A stretch of DNA of 32,000 nt from Desulfoluna spongiiphila (lineage in GTDB: Bacteria; Desulfobacterota; Desulfobacteria; Desulfobacterales; Desulfolunaceae). The position numbers and the translations under genes were made by a program. The notes beneath the pieces are model-generated. The model saw only the letters and a list, made by a program, of their open reading frames with translations, had not been told where the DNA came from and did no database searches. Position 1 is the first letter of the stretch; each line of letters opens with the position of its first letter. The stretch is taken from positions 57,233 through 89,232 of the forward strand of contig NZ_FMUX01000014.1 in the NCBI RefSeq assembly GCF_900101345.1, in the 5' to 3' direction. Below are positions 8,207 through 16,616 of the stretch, one piece after another.

Positions 8207-8686
8207 ATGCTGAACGCCATTCTTTACCTGGCAGCCTTCGCGCTGCTTCTGGCCTCCTACGTCAAAGACAAAAAGAAGACCCGGACGGCGCTTCTGAAGG
8301 CCTGGAAATCATTTGAGAACCTGTTGCCCCAGTTTCTCGTCATTCTTCTGGTCATCGGGATCCTGCTGGCGGCAGTCAGCCCTGAAACCATCACCCTTGT
8401 TTTGGGACAGAACACAGGCTGGGTCGGTATGGGCATGGCCGCGCTCATCGGTTCTGTGACCCTTATTCCCGGTTTTGTGGCTTTTCCGCTTACGGCGGCC
8501 CTTTACGAAAACGGGGGAGGGCTCATGCAGCTGGCCGTGTTTGTTTCCACCCTCATGGGGGTGGGAGTCGTAACCCTTCCTGTGGAGATGGGGATTTTCG
8601 GGCTGCGGGTTTCCCTGGCACGCAATTTCTTGAACTTGCTGCTGGCCTTTGGGGTGGCTGCGATCATGGGGGTGGTGCTTACATGA
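8207..8686 (+). CDS. permease subunit 1 (half-size, DUF318/ArsP-like predicted permease)
   Basis: 159 aa with 4-5 TM helices and GGAAGGGG RBS. The stop overlaps the next start (ATGA at 8683-8686). GSVTLIPGFVAFPLTAALYENGGG resembles the repeat unit of two-part permeases. Confidence 0.6.
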   Translation: MLNAILYLAAFALLLASYVKDKKKTRTALLKAWKSFENLLPQFLVILLVIGILLAAVSPETITLVLGQNTGWVGMGMAALIGSVTLIPGFVAFPLTAALYENGGGLMQLAVFVSTLMGVGVVTLPVEMGIFGLRVSLARNFLNLLLAFGVAAIMGVVLT

Positions 8687-9207
8687 TATCTTTGCTTAAA
8701 CGATACCGGGCCTTCCTTCTGCTGCTCGTGGCCTTAGGGGGGCTTGGTTATTTCAACCCGACCCTTGCCGTTCGCTCCATCAGGCTTTCCACCGATTCCC
8801 TCGTGGAGATGATGCTGGTGATTCCACCCATTTTTGTGCTTCTGGGGATTTTTGATGTCTGGGTTCCCCGGGAAACCATCGTGAGACTCATGGGCGGGGA
8901 GTCCGGTGCCAAAGGGACTCTTCTGGCCCTTTGTCTGGGGTCTTTTGCTGCAGGACCGCTCTACGCTGCGTTTCCTGTGGCCGGGGTGCTGATCAAAAAA
9001 GGGGCGCGCTTTTCGAATATCATGATTTTTATCGGGGCCTGGTCCACCACCAAGATTCCCATGCTTCTTTTTGAAGCCTCATCCATGGGCTGGGATTTTA
9101 TGCTGTGCCGACTGGTGATGAACTTGACGGGAATCATTGTCATTGCGCATATTCTGGATGTGTTCTTGCCTGAGCAGTACAAAGCCCTGGCCCCTTCGGA
9201 ATTTTGA
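8683..9207 (+). CDS. permease subunit 2 (half-size, DUF318/ArsP-like predicted permease)
   Basis: 174 aa polytopic protein. GSFAAGPLYAAFPVAGVLIKKGARF parallels the motif in subunit 1. Translationally coupled to 8207-8686. Confidence 0.6.
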   Translation: MISLLKRYRAFLLLLVALGGLGYFNPTLAVRSIRLSTDSLVEMMLVIPPIFVLLGIFDVWVPRETIVRLMGGESGAKGTLLALCLGSFAAGPLYAAFPVAGVLIKKGARFSNIMIFIGAWSTTKIPMLLFEASSMGWDFMLCRLVMNLTGIIVIAHILDVFLPEQYKALAPSEF

Positions 9208-9261
9208 CGTGCCTGGCGATGTTATGTGATTGTGCCTTAGTCGAATGGTGACGTAAAGACA

Positions 9262-9394
9262 TGGGCGAAGGCAGATTCCTCGGGCGAATCATATTCGCCC
9301 CTGATTTTGAGTGGCCTGAATCTGTTTTTAAAAAAGCCTGTTTATTAAGCTTTTTTAAAAGTTTAGCCCCCGGCAGGGCCGCCGGAGGCTTTTT
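9262..9394 (-). repeat. intergenic repeat, 5'-truncated composite (hairpin-A relic plus complete L module)
   Basis: Hairpin GGGCGAAT-CAT-ATTCGCCC (9282-9300). Then GAATCTGTTTTTAAAAAAGCCTGTTTATTAAGCTTTTTTAAAAGTTTAGCCCCCGGCAGGGCCGCCGGAGGC (12-mer at 9378-9389) and TTTTT. Near-identical to 22951-23022. Confidence 0.9.
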
Positions 9395-9406
9395 CCGCTT
9401 TACTCC

Positions 9407-10123
9407 TTATTTCTTCCCCCCGCCCAGGTAAGCTTCCCGGACGCTGGGGTTGGCCAGGAGGGCGTCGGCGTCGTCTTCCAATACGATGCGGCCCACCTCC
9501 ATGACGTAGCCCCGGTGGGCGAGTTTGAGGGCGGCCTTGGCGTTTTGTTCCACCAGGACCACGGTGACCCCGCTTTTGTTGATTTCGGCCACGGTCTCGA
9601 AGATGGCTTTCACCAGGATGGGGGCAAGGCCCAAGCTCGGTTCGTCCAGAAGGAGGATCCGGGGGTTGTTCATGAGGGCTCTGCCGATGGCGAGCATCTG
9701 CTGTTCGCCGCCGGAAAGGGTCCCTGCCAGCTGGCTTTTCCGCTCTTTCAGGCGGGGAAAGAGCTCAAAAATCCAGCGCCGGGTCTCTTCCACCCGCTTG
9801 GGGTTCTTGGCGGTGAAGGCGCCCAGGTTGAGGTTTTCCTGGACGGTTAAGGTGGAGAAGACGCGGCGGCCCTCCGGGGACTGGGTGAGTTTTTCCTCCA
9901 CCACCTTGTGGGCGGGCATGGTGTGGATGGGTTTTCCGTCGAACCAGATTTCGCCCTCCGAGGGTTTCAAGAGCCCGCTGATGGTCATGAGGGTGGTGGA
10001 TTTCCCGGCGCCGTTGGCCCCTAAGATGGTGACGATCTCTCCCTCTTCCACCTGCAGGTTGATGCCGTGAAGGGCTTCGACGGTGCCGTATTTCACATGG
10101 AGATTTTTTACGTCTAAAAGCAC
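9407..10123 (-). CDS. livF: branched-chain amino acid ABC transporter ATP-binding protein LivF
   Basis: 238 aa with GTG start. Walker A GANGAGKST, signature LSGGEQQML, Walker B LLLDEPSLGLAP. Ends ...REAYLGG, typical of LivF. Confidence 0.9.
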   Translation of the reverse strand: MLLDVKNLHVKYGTVEALHGINLQVEEGEIVTILGANGAGKSTTLMTISGLLKPSEGEIWFDGKPIHTMPAHKVVEEKLTQSPEGRRVFSTLTVQENLNLGAFTAKNPKRVEETRRWIFELFPRLKERKSQLAGTLSGGEQQMLAIGRALMNNPRILLLDEPSLGLAPILVKAIFETVAEINKSGVTVVLVEQNAKAALKLAHRGYVMEVGRIVLEDDADALLANPSVREAYLGGGKK

Positions 10124-10899
10124 GTCTCACCCTCCTCCTCGTCATCGGTGCCGAGGTAGGCTTCGATGACCTTCTTGTTGGTCTTTATCTCTTCGGGCAG
10201 TCCTTCGGCAATTTTCTTGCCGTATTCAATCACCACCAGTTTTTCGCAGGCCTGCATCACCAGGCTCATGTCGTGTTCGATGAGGAGCACGGTGATGCCG
10301 CGCGCCTTGATGCGGGCGATGATCTCGATTAAGGCGTCGGTCTCCTGCTCGTTCATGCCCCCTGCCGGTTCGTCCAGGATGAGGAGCTTGGGCTGGGTGG
10401 CCAGGGCCCTGGCGATCTCCAGGAGGCGCTGGTTGCCGTAGGAGAGGCTGTCGGAACGGGTTTCCGCTTCTTCCCCCAGGCCAACGAAGTCCAGCTCGGC
10501 CAGGGCGAGTTGGATGGCCTCTTTTTCTTCCCGTTTTTGAAAGGGTGTCTTCAGCATGGCGGCGATGGAGCCTGAAGTCATGCGGCAGTGGCACCCGGCC
10601 AGGACGTTTTCAAGGGCCGAGAGGGTCTTGAAGAGCCGGATGGTCTGAAAGGTCCGGGCAACGCCTAAGGAGACGATCCTGTTGGGGGCCAGTCCGTTGA
10701 GGGGCTGGCCGTTAAAGAGCACCTTGCCGTGGTTCGGCACGTAGTTGCCGGTGATGAGGTTGAAGACCGTGGTCTTGCCCGCCCCGTTGGGGCCGATGAG
10801 GCCGAAGACGTCTCCGGCCTCCACCTCAAAGGAGACCTCGTCCACGGCCCTTAAGCCGCCGAAGTCCTTGATCAGGTTGTCGAGTTTTAACAGGCTCAC
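10114..10899 (-). CDS. livG: branched-chain amino acid ABC transporter ATP-binding protein LivG
   Basis: 261 aa with GTG start overlapping the livM stop (GTGA). Walker A GPNGAGKTT, LSYGNQRLLEIARAL, LILDEPAGGMN, IEAYLG. Confidence 0.9.
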   Translation of the reverse strand: MSLLKLDNLIKDFGGLRAVDEVSFEVEAGDVFGLIGPNGAGKTTVFNLITGNYVPNHGKVLFNGQPLNGLAPNRIVSLGVARTFQTIRLFKTLSALENVLAGCHCRMTSGSIAAMLKTPFQKREEKEAIQLALAELDFVGLGEEAETRSDSLSYGNQRLLEIARALATQPKLLILDEPAGGMNEQETDALIEIIARIKARGITVLLIEHDMSLVMQACEKLVVIEYGKKIAEGLPEEIKTNKKVIEAYLGTDDEEEGETCF

Positions 10900-11954
10900 G
10901 GCATCTCCTCCCGGACTTTCATCTCTTCTCTAAGTTTCATCTCTTTGCGGATCTTTTTAAGGGGGTATTTCCTGGGCAGGGGAGGCAGGAGCCCTTCGTT
11001 TCTGAAAATCATCATGATCACCATGGCCGCGCCGAAGATCAGCATGCGGGCCTGGCTGAAGTTGCTGAAGTCAAGGGACAGGGTGACGCCGAAGTTTAAA
11101 AAGAGGCTGTTGATCAGGTCGCTGACGGCGCCCATGCCCCGGAAGATTTCGGGCAGGCCGATGACGAGAAATGCCCCCAGGATGACCCCCCGGATGCTTC
11201 CGGAGCCCCCTAAGATGACGATCATGAACATCACCACCGACTCCCAGAAGTTGAAGGACTCCGGGGCGATGATGGTCATCTTGGCCGCGTAGATGGTTCC
11301 CACCATGCCGGCCCACACCGCGCCCAGCACAAAGGCGATGAGTTTGTAGTAGGTGGTGTTGATGCCGCTGCCTTCGGCGGCCACGTCGTCTTCCCGCAGG
11401 TAGTTTAAGGCCCGGCCGAACCGGGAGTTTTCCAGGCGGTGAAAGAGAAAGACCGTCACCGCCATGAATCCCCAGATGAGATAAAAGAACTCGTGGGGCT
11501 TTCGGATCTTGAAGCCGAAGAGGTACGGGCGGTCGATGCCGAAGATGCCGTTGGCCCCTCCGGTGATGCCGAAGACGTTGTTGATGAGGGCGATGCGCAC
11601 GATCTCCACAAAGCCGATGGTGACGATGAGGAGGTAGTCCCCACGCAGGTGGATGATGGGACGTGCCACGATCAGGGCCACGAGCCCTGCCGTGATCCCT
11701 GCCACGGGCATGAGCCAGAGGACGGGGATGTCAAAGGTGGTGTTCAAGATGGCGGTGGTGTAGGCACCCACGGCGTAAAAGGCCGCGTGGCCCATGTGGA
11801 ACAGGCCGGCATGGCCCAGGATGATGTTGAGGCTCAAGGCCAGAAGGGCGTACATGCCGACGTTGTTCAGCACGTCCACCCAGTAGGCGTTGAGAAAGGC
11901 CGGGGAGACGGCCAGAAGTGATGCAAGTGCTAGGTAAATGGCGTTTCGTTTCAT
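10896..11954 (-). CDS. livM: branched-chain amino acid ABC transporter permease LivM
   Basis: 352 aa polytopic protein. LNIILGHAGLFHMGHAAFYAVGAY is the LivM/LivH-type motif. Confidence 0.88.
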   Translation of the reverse strand: MKRNAIYLALASLLAVSPAFLNAYWVDVLNNVGMYALLALSLNIILGHAGLFHMGHAAFYAVGAYTTAILNTTFDIPVLWLMPVAGITAGLVALIVARPIIHLRGDYLLIVTIGFVEIVRIALINNVFGITGGANGIFGIDRPYLFGFKIRKPHEFFYLIWGFMAVTVFLFHRLENSRFGRALNYLREDDVAAEGSGINTTYYKLIAFVLGAVWAGMVGTIYAAKMTIIAPESFNFWESVVMFMIVILGGSGSIRGVILGAFLVIGLPEIFRGMGAVSDLINSLFLNFGVTLSLDFSNFSQARMLIFGAAMVIMMIFRNEGLLPPLPRKYPLKKIRKEMKLREEMKVREEMP

Positions 11955-12046
11955 ACGGTCAAGGCCTCGCTAAAAAAATCTGTCCAGGGATTGGTGGGGT
12001 GAGCCGTCAGGGGCCCAAAGGCGGCCCCTGTGTTTCGGAAACCCCG

Positions 12047-12952
12047 TCACACTTTTTCTGCAACCCGTTCACCCAGGAGGCCGGTGGGGCGAACGATGAG
12101 GATGAGAATCAACACGACAAAGGCGATGGCGTCTTTCCAGGCGATGGAGATGTACGCCGCGCCCAGGGCTTCGATGACCCCCAAAAGCAGGCCGCCGAGC
12201 ATGGCCCCGGGGATGTTGCCGATACCGCCCAGGATGGCCGCGGTAAACGCCTTCAGGCCGTAAATCCACCCCATGGTGAAGTTGATCTGCCCGTAGTAGA
12301 GCCCCACCATGAGGCCGGCCGCGCCCCCTAAGGCCGGGCCGATGAGAAAGACGATCATGATGACGGCGTTGACGTTGATGCCCATGAGCTTGGCCGCGCC
12401 CTGGTCGATGGCAACGGCCCGGATGGCCGTGCCCGTGCGGGTTTTCTGGATAAAGAAGTAGAGGGCGGCCATCATCACCACGGAGGTGAGAAGGATCAGG
12501 ATGCGCAGCAGGGGCACGTTGAGGCCGAAGATGGGGATGACCACCTTGGGCAGGATATCGTGGGGGTAGACCTGGTAGCGGGCGCCGTAGATAAGCATGA
12601 CGGCGTTCTGGAAGAAGATGGAGGCGCCCAGGGCCGACACCACGGCCGAGAGCCGGTGGGATTCGCGCAAGGGGCGGTAAGCGATGCGCTCCAGGATAAT
12701 GCCCACCACGGCCACGAGGCCCATGACCATGATGGCCAGGGCGATGACCACGCCGAAGGGGCCCAGGCGGTCGGTGAGGCCCAGGGCGGACAGCAGGGTG
12801 AGTCCCAGGTACGCCCCGATGGTAAAGAGGTCACCGTGGGCAAAGTTGATCAATTTCAAAACGCCGTAGACCATGGTGTAGCCCAGGGCGATGAGGGCGT
12901 AAATTCCCCCCACGGCAAGGCCGTTGGTCAGCTGCTGAAAAAACAGTTCCAT
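12047..12952 (-). CDS. livH: branched-chain amino acid ABC transporter permease LivH
   Basis: ATG at 12952 (MELFFQQLTNGLAVGGIYALIALGYTMVYGVLKLINFAHGD), the canonical LivH N-terminus. The ORF-track start at 12988 adds 12 unlikely residues. Confidence 0.88.
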   Translation of the reverse strand: MELFFQQLTNGLAVGGIYALIALGYTMVYGVLKLINFAHGDLFTIGAYLGLTLLSALGLTDRLGPFGVVIALAIMVMGLVAVVGIILERIAYRPLRESHRLSAVVSALGASIFFQNAVMLIYGARYQVYPHDILPKVVIPIFGLNVPLLRILILLTSVVMMAALYFFIQKTRTGTAIRAVAIDQGAAKLMGINVNAVIMIVFLIGPALGGAAGLMVGLYYGQINFTMGWIYGLKAFTAAILGGIGNIPGAMLGGLLLGVIEALGAAYISIAWKDAIAFVVLILILIVRPTGLLGERVAEKV

Positions 12953-13192
12953 CTTACTTCTCCGGTGGTGCCGACGCCCCGGCAACACCGGATGACCCGA
13001 TGCCGCCGGGGCGTGTTGGGATTTTTATTGACCGGGCCATTTGGACTTACCCCGGGGGCTTTGTCTGTCCTGGGTAACGTGCGGCAGGAGGGCCTGCGCC
13101 CTGCCGTCACCTGAACTGTTGCCGGGTCAATAACCTGTGCGGGGGCCGCCGTGAGCTCCTTGGCCGGAAAGCCGCCCCACGCGACTCACGCC

Positions 13193-14308
13193 TTATGGTT
13201 GGAGAACGAAGTGCCCGTCGGCGTCGACCTTGTAGAGGCGGTAGAGATCCCCCACGCGGTCCCCTTTTTCGTTGAAGGAGAGCTTGCCGGTGAGGCCGGG
13301 CATGTCCTTGAGCTCTTTGTGGAGGTAGTTTGCAAGGACTTTGGAGTCCGTGGAACCGGTGGCCTTGATGGCGGCGGCAATGGCGTTGAACCCGTCGCCG
13401 GAAAGGACCGCCCAGACAGAGCCGGGAACCTCGTTGTACTTTTTGGTGTAGGCGGCAAGGAAAGAGCTGGCTTCAGGGGTGTCCAGGTCCTGGGGAACAG
13501 GGGGGCTCAGGAAGAAGAAGCCCTTGGCGGCTTCTTTGCCGGCGATCTTGACCAGGTCCGGGTTGTTGGTGGCGTCACCGCCGATAAAGGGAACATTCCA
13601 GCCCATCTCCATTTTCTGGCGAAGGAGGAGACCCGCCTCGGGGTAGTAGCCGGTGAAGAGGACCGCATCCGGGGCCGAGGCCTTCATCTTGGTGAGGATG
13701 GCGCTGTAATCGCGTTCTCCGGCGGTGAGGGCTTCGTAAAAGACAATCTCTGCGGTTTCGTTTTTGAGCAGTGCCTTGGCTTCATCGGCCAGGCCCTTGG
13801 CGTAGGTGGTGTTGTCGTGGAGGATGGCCACCTTTTTGAATCCCATGCTCATGAGGGTCTTCACCGCCACCTTGCCTTGCTCATCGTCCCTGGGGCAGGA
13901 GCGGAAGAAGTAGTTCAGTCCTTTTTCAGAGAGGCGGATGGCCGTGGAGCCGTTGGCGATCTGGATGATCTCCTCTTCGTCGTAAATGTTCTGTGAGGCC
14001 TCGGTGATGGACGAGCCGTAGGTGCCGATGACGGCGACGATACCGCGGGTGGAAAGGCGCTGGGCTGCCAGGGCAGCCGTTCGGGGATCGCCGGCGTCGT
14101 CTTCGGTGATGATTTGAACCTTATTGCCGAGGAGCCCGCCCTTGGCGTTGACCTCATCGGCCAGGAGCTCGACGATTTGTTTCATGTCCTGGCCTTCGCT
14201 GGCCCAGGAACCGGTGAGGGGACACATGAGGCCGATCTTGATGGTGGCGGCCGCGGCAATGGATGCCGTCAGGGAAAAACACAAGGCAAGAAACAGAACT
14301 CTTTTCAT
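13193..14308 (-). CDS. livK: branched-chain amino acid ABC transporter substrate-binding protein (LivK/LivJ type)
   Basis: ATG at 14308 lies 9 nt after GAGGAG; the ORF-track start at 14314 is a GTG only 3 nt from the RBS. Signal peptide MKRVLFLALCFSLTASIAAAA, then IKIGLMCPLTGSWASEG, typical of type I PBPs. Confidence 0.88.
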   Translation of the reverse strand: MKRVLFLALCFSLTASIAAAATIKIGLMCPLTGSWASEGQDMKQIVELLADEVNAKGGLLGNKVQIITEDDAGDPRTAALAAQRLSTRGIVAVIGTYGSSITEASQNIYDEEEIIQIANGSTAIRLSEKGLNYFFRSCPRDDEQGKVAVKTLMSMGFKKVAILHDNTTYAKGLADEAKALLKNETAEIVFYEALTAGERDYSAILTKMKASAPDAVLFTGYYPEAGLLLRQKMEMGWNVPFIGGDATNNPDLVKIAGKEAAKGFFFLSPPVPQDLDTPEASSFLAAYTKKYNEVPGSVWAVLSGDGFNAIAAAIKATGSTDSKVLANYLHKELKDMPGLTGKLSFNEKGDRVGDLYRLYKVDADGHFVLQP

Positions 14309-14856
14309 AAACACATCTCCTCATTGTTTGGTCTCGGTGTGACGGGATCCGGCCCCACCCGGATCCGGGTGGACAGTGGATAAGCGCCATGCAGATCGGC
14401 GTCAGCCCAGCGGCTGGCCACCTGCTTACCCTGTCCGGTCATGCCTAAAGAGCTTGGCGCCTCAAGTTATCTCATATTACTATTATGCGTTAGTGACGAG
14501 ATATGACGAGGCCCGTACGTAAGCCGATGAACCCATGGGCACATTGCCACAACGCTTTATGGAAACGGTACGCGGAAAGCTGGATGTAGCGTTGGGGTTG
14601 GGTTGTCCTTACGAAGGGTTATTTAACTCGTATTTTTACAAAACATCAAGTTTTTTATATGGATTGCTCTGTATTGACTCTCTGAAATGTTCCTTGATTT
14701 GCGGCCTGATTTACAGGGGCGTAGGTGATATGGATCTAATATTACGATTGATATTGCGGGGAATTTAGAAATTGATGGGCGATGTTGCCTGCAACCCGGT
14801 GATGGTAATAATGGGATCGTCCGGGGAACGCACGGGTTGACGCCTTGGGGATTCTG

Positions 14857-14880
14857 TATTATCGTAATATTACGATAATA
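14857..14880. promoter_or_regulatory. perfect 24-bp palindrome TATTATCGTAAT|ATTACGATAATA, putative ArsR operator overlapping the arsR promoter
   Basis: Perfect dyad seen directly. It lies 19 nt upstream of the GTG start of arsR and overlaps a candidate -10 (TATCGT) placed 17 nt after TTGACG (14837-14842). A half-site TAATATTACGAT recurs at 14737-14748. Confidence 0.7.
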
Positions 14881-14898
14881 GAAACGAAGGAGAAAACC

Positions 14899-15198
14899 GT
14901 GACATCACTTGAAGGCGACACCACCGGCAGACTGGCCGAACTCTGCAAGGCCCTGTCTCACCCGGCGCGAATCGAGATCCTCAACCACCTCCTGGCGGAA
15001 AACCGCTGCATCTGCGGCGAGCTCGTGGCCGTCCTTCCCCTGGCCCAGTCCACAGTGAGCCAGCATCTGAAGGTCCTGAAGGCCTCGGGGCTTGTTCTGG
15101 GTGAGGTGGAAGGTCCGGCAACCTGCTATTGCGTGGATAAAGCGGTGCTTGATGCGTTCAAGGGGATGGTGGGGAAGATGGGCAACATAGGTAAATAG
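14899..15198 (+). CDS. arsR: ArsR/SmtB-family metalloregulator upstream of hgcAB
   Basis: GTG at 14899 lies 6 nt after AAGGAG (14887-14892). HTH region is LCKALSHPARIEILNHLLAENRCICGELVAVLPLAQSTVSQHLKVLKASGLV, with a Cys-x-Cys (CIC) at the position of the ArsR ELCVCDL metal site. A second Cys pair (CYC) lies near the C-terminus. Confidence 0.88.
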   Translation: MTSLEGDTTGRLAELCKALSHPARIEILNHLLAENRCICGELVAVLPLAQSTVSQHLKVLKASGLVLGEVEGPATCYCVDKAVLDAFKGMVGKMGNIGK

Positions 15199-15260
15199 GT
15201 CATAGGTAAAGAGGGAATAGGGGCTCAGACAAAAAATGAATATACACGTCACGCATGAAT

Positions 15261-15352
15261 GCCGCTGTGATTTAACCCGAGGAACGAGGGGTAAAGCGCA
15301 GCGGTAACCAGCTTTCAAGGTGGCTCACCTTGCCGCCGGAGGCATTGTTTTT
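15261..15352 (+). repeat. intergenic repeat, complete R module between arsR and hgcA
   Basis: GCCGCTGTGATTTAACCCGAGGAACGAGGGGTAAAGCGCAGCGGTAACCAGCTTTCAAGGTGGCTCACCTTGCCGCCGGAGGC (12-mer at 15332-15343), then ATTGTTTTT. Confidence 0.9.
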
Positions 15353-15392
15353 GTAGGCTTTTTTGTACCGTCTTAGAGAATAGGGTGGGAGT

Positions 15393-15439
15393 ATTCGCAA
15401 CCCAGGGTTTCAAGGGCTCAGCCCTTGGCCACCGTAGGC
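15393..15439 (+). repeat. degenerate R-module 3' half immediately upstream of the hgcA RBS
   Basis: ATTCGCAACCCAGGGTTTCAAGGGCTCAGCCCTTGGCCACCGTAGGC aligns with the consensus CATTCGCAACCTGCTTTCAAGGTGGCACACCTTGCCGCCGGAGGC. Hairpin CAAGGGC-TCA-GCCCTTG at 15411-15427. Confidence 0.65.
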
Positions 15440-15461
15440 TCGTTTGACAAGGAGTCCGTCA

Positions 15462-16604
15462 ATGCAAGACGATTTGATGGCATTTGGAGAGAGGGCGGCC
15501 CGGGATCTGGGCAAGCCCTCCTGTTGCGGCCCGTCTCCGACGAGGGATACCCGGGAGATGCCGGGATATCGCCTGTGCGGCTATGTGGCTTCGTTTACGG
15601 AGACCCCGGCGGGAAAGGTGCCGGTGGTGAAGACCCGCCTTGACGGGTCGGATCACCTGGGTGGCCTTGCGGTGCGCTGCAACCTGAGGCGAAGCCGTTA
15701 CGCGGTGGCCCCCGGCCTTTACGCTGTGGGCAGCCCGTCGGACACCTCCCCGGTGCTGGTGACGGCCAATTACAAGCTCAGCTTCGATGCCGTGCGACGG
15801 GCCCTTGACGGCATGGACGCCTGGCTCCTTGCGGCGGATACGCAAGGGGTCAATGTCTGGTGCGCTGCAGGAAAAGGAACCTTCTCAGCCGGTGAGGTGG
15901 CAGGCCGGGTGAAGGCGTCGCGCCTTGCCGAGGTGGTGACCCACAGGCGGTTGATCCTGCCCCAGCTTTCGGCAAGCGGGGTGACGGCCCGTGAGATGAA
16001 GACACGGTGCGGGTTTGCAGCCGACTTTGGCCCTGTGCGCGCATGGGACCTGCCTCGGTTCATTGAAGCTGGGGGGTGCGCGGAACCGGCCATGCGCCGG
16101 GTTACCTTTTCTTTGAAAGAGCGCCTGGTACTCTCCCCTGTGGAACTCAGCCTGACCTTTAAACCCCTTGTCTGGATGCTGCCCGTTCTTTTTCTTCTTT
16201 CCGGCATCGGTCCGGGGGTTTTCTCTTTTTCTCAGGCCCTGGAACGGGGGCCGGTCGCATGGGCGGCCCTTTGTACCGGCATCCTGGCCGGTGCCGTCGT
16301 CACCCCGGCCCTTCTCCCATGGATTCCCGGGCGGGCTTTTTCGCTTAAAGGGTGCCTTGCGGGGCTGGCCTGCGGGTTCCCTTTCTGGGTATACTACAGG
16401 CAGGATCTGGAATTCGGCTCCCTTTTAGCGCTGATCCTCTGGTTGGTCGCCGTCAGCTCGTATCTGGCCATGAACTTCACCGGCGCCACACCCTTTACCT
16501 CCCCCACAGGGGTCGAGTATGAGATGAAACGGGCCATACCGGCCCAGGTCGCCGCCATGGTCCTGGGGTTTATTCTCTGGGTGGCGGCGCCCTTTACAGG
16601 CTAA
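15462..16604 (+). CDS. hgcA: mercury methylation corrinoid protein HgcA
   Basis: ATG at 15462 lies 7 nt after AAGGAG. Diagnostic cap-helix motif GVNVWCAAGKGTF (Cys codon TGC at 15861-15863) inside a CFeSP-like corrinoid-binding domain (SPVLVTANYKLSFDAVRRAL). C-terminal multi-TM domain. Followed by hgcB. Confidence 0.92.
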   Translation: MQDDLMAFGERAARDLGKPSCCGPSPTRDTREMPGYRLCGYVASFTETPAGKVPVVKTRLDGSDHLGGLAVRCNLRRSRYAVAPGLYAVGSPSDTSPVLVTANYKLSFDAVRRALDGMDAWLLAADTQGVNVWCAAGKGTFSAGEVAGRVKASRLAEVVTHRRLILPQLSASGVTAREMKTRCGFAADFGPVRAWDLPRFIEAGGCAEPAMRRVTFSLKERLVLSPVELSLTFKPLVWMLPVLFLLSGIGPGVFSFSQALERGPVAWAALCTGILAGAVVTPALLPWIPGRAFSLKGCLAGLACGFPFWVYYRQDLEFGSLLALILWLVAVSSYLAMNFTGATPFTSPTGVEYEMKRAIPAQVAAMVLGFILWVAAPFTG

Positions 16605-16616
16605 GGAGGTGTTCCC

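Noticed and set aside
15444-15461. Longer ORF-track starts that use TTG or GTG codons: hgcA at 15444, arsR at 14845, ridA at 2528, livH at 12988, aldolase at 20505.
   Set aside because: In each case a downstream start has a properly spaced Shine-Dalgarno sequence and matches the usual family N-terminus. The extensions also overlap operator, repeat or promoter DNA.
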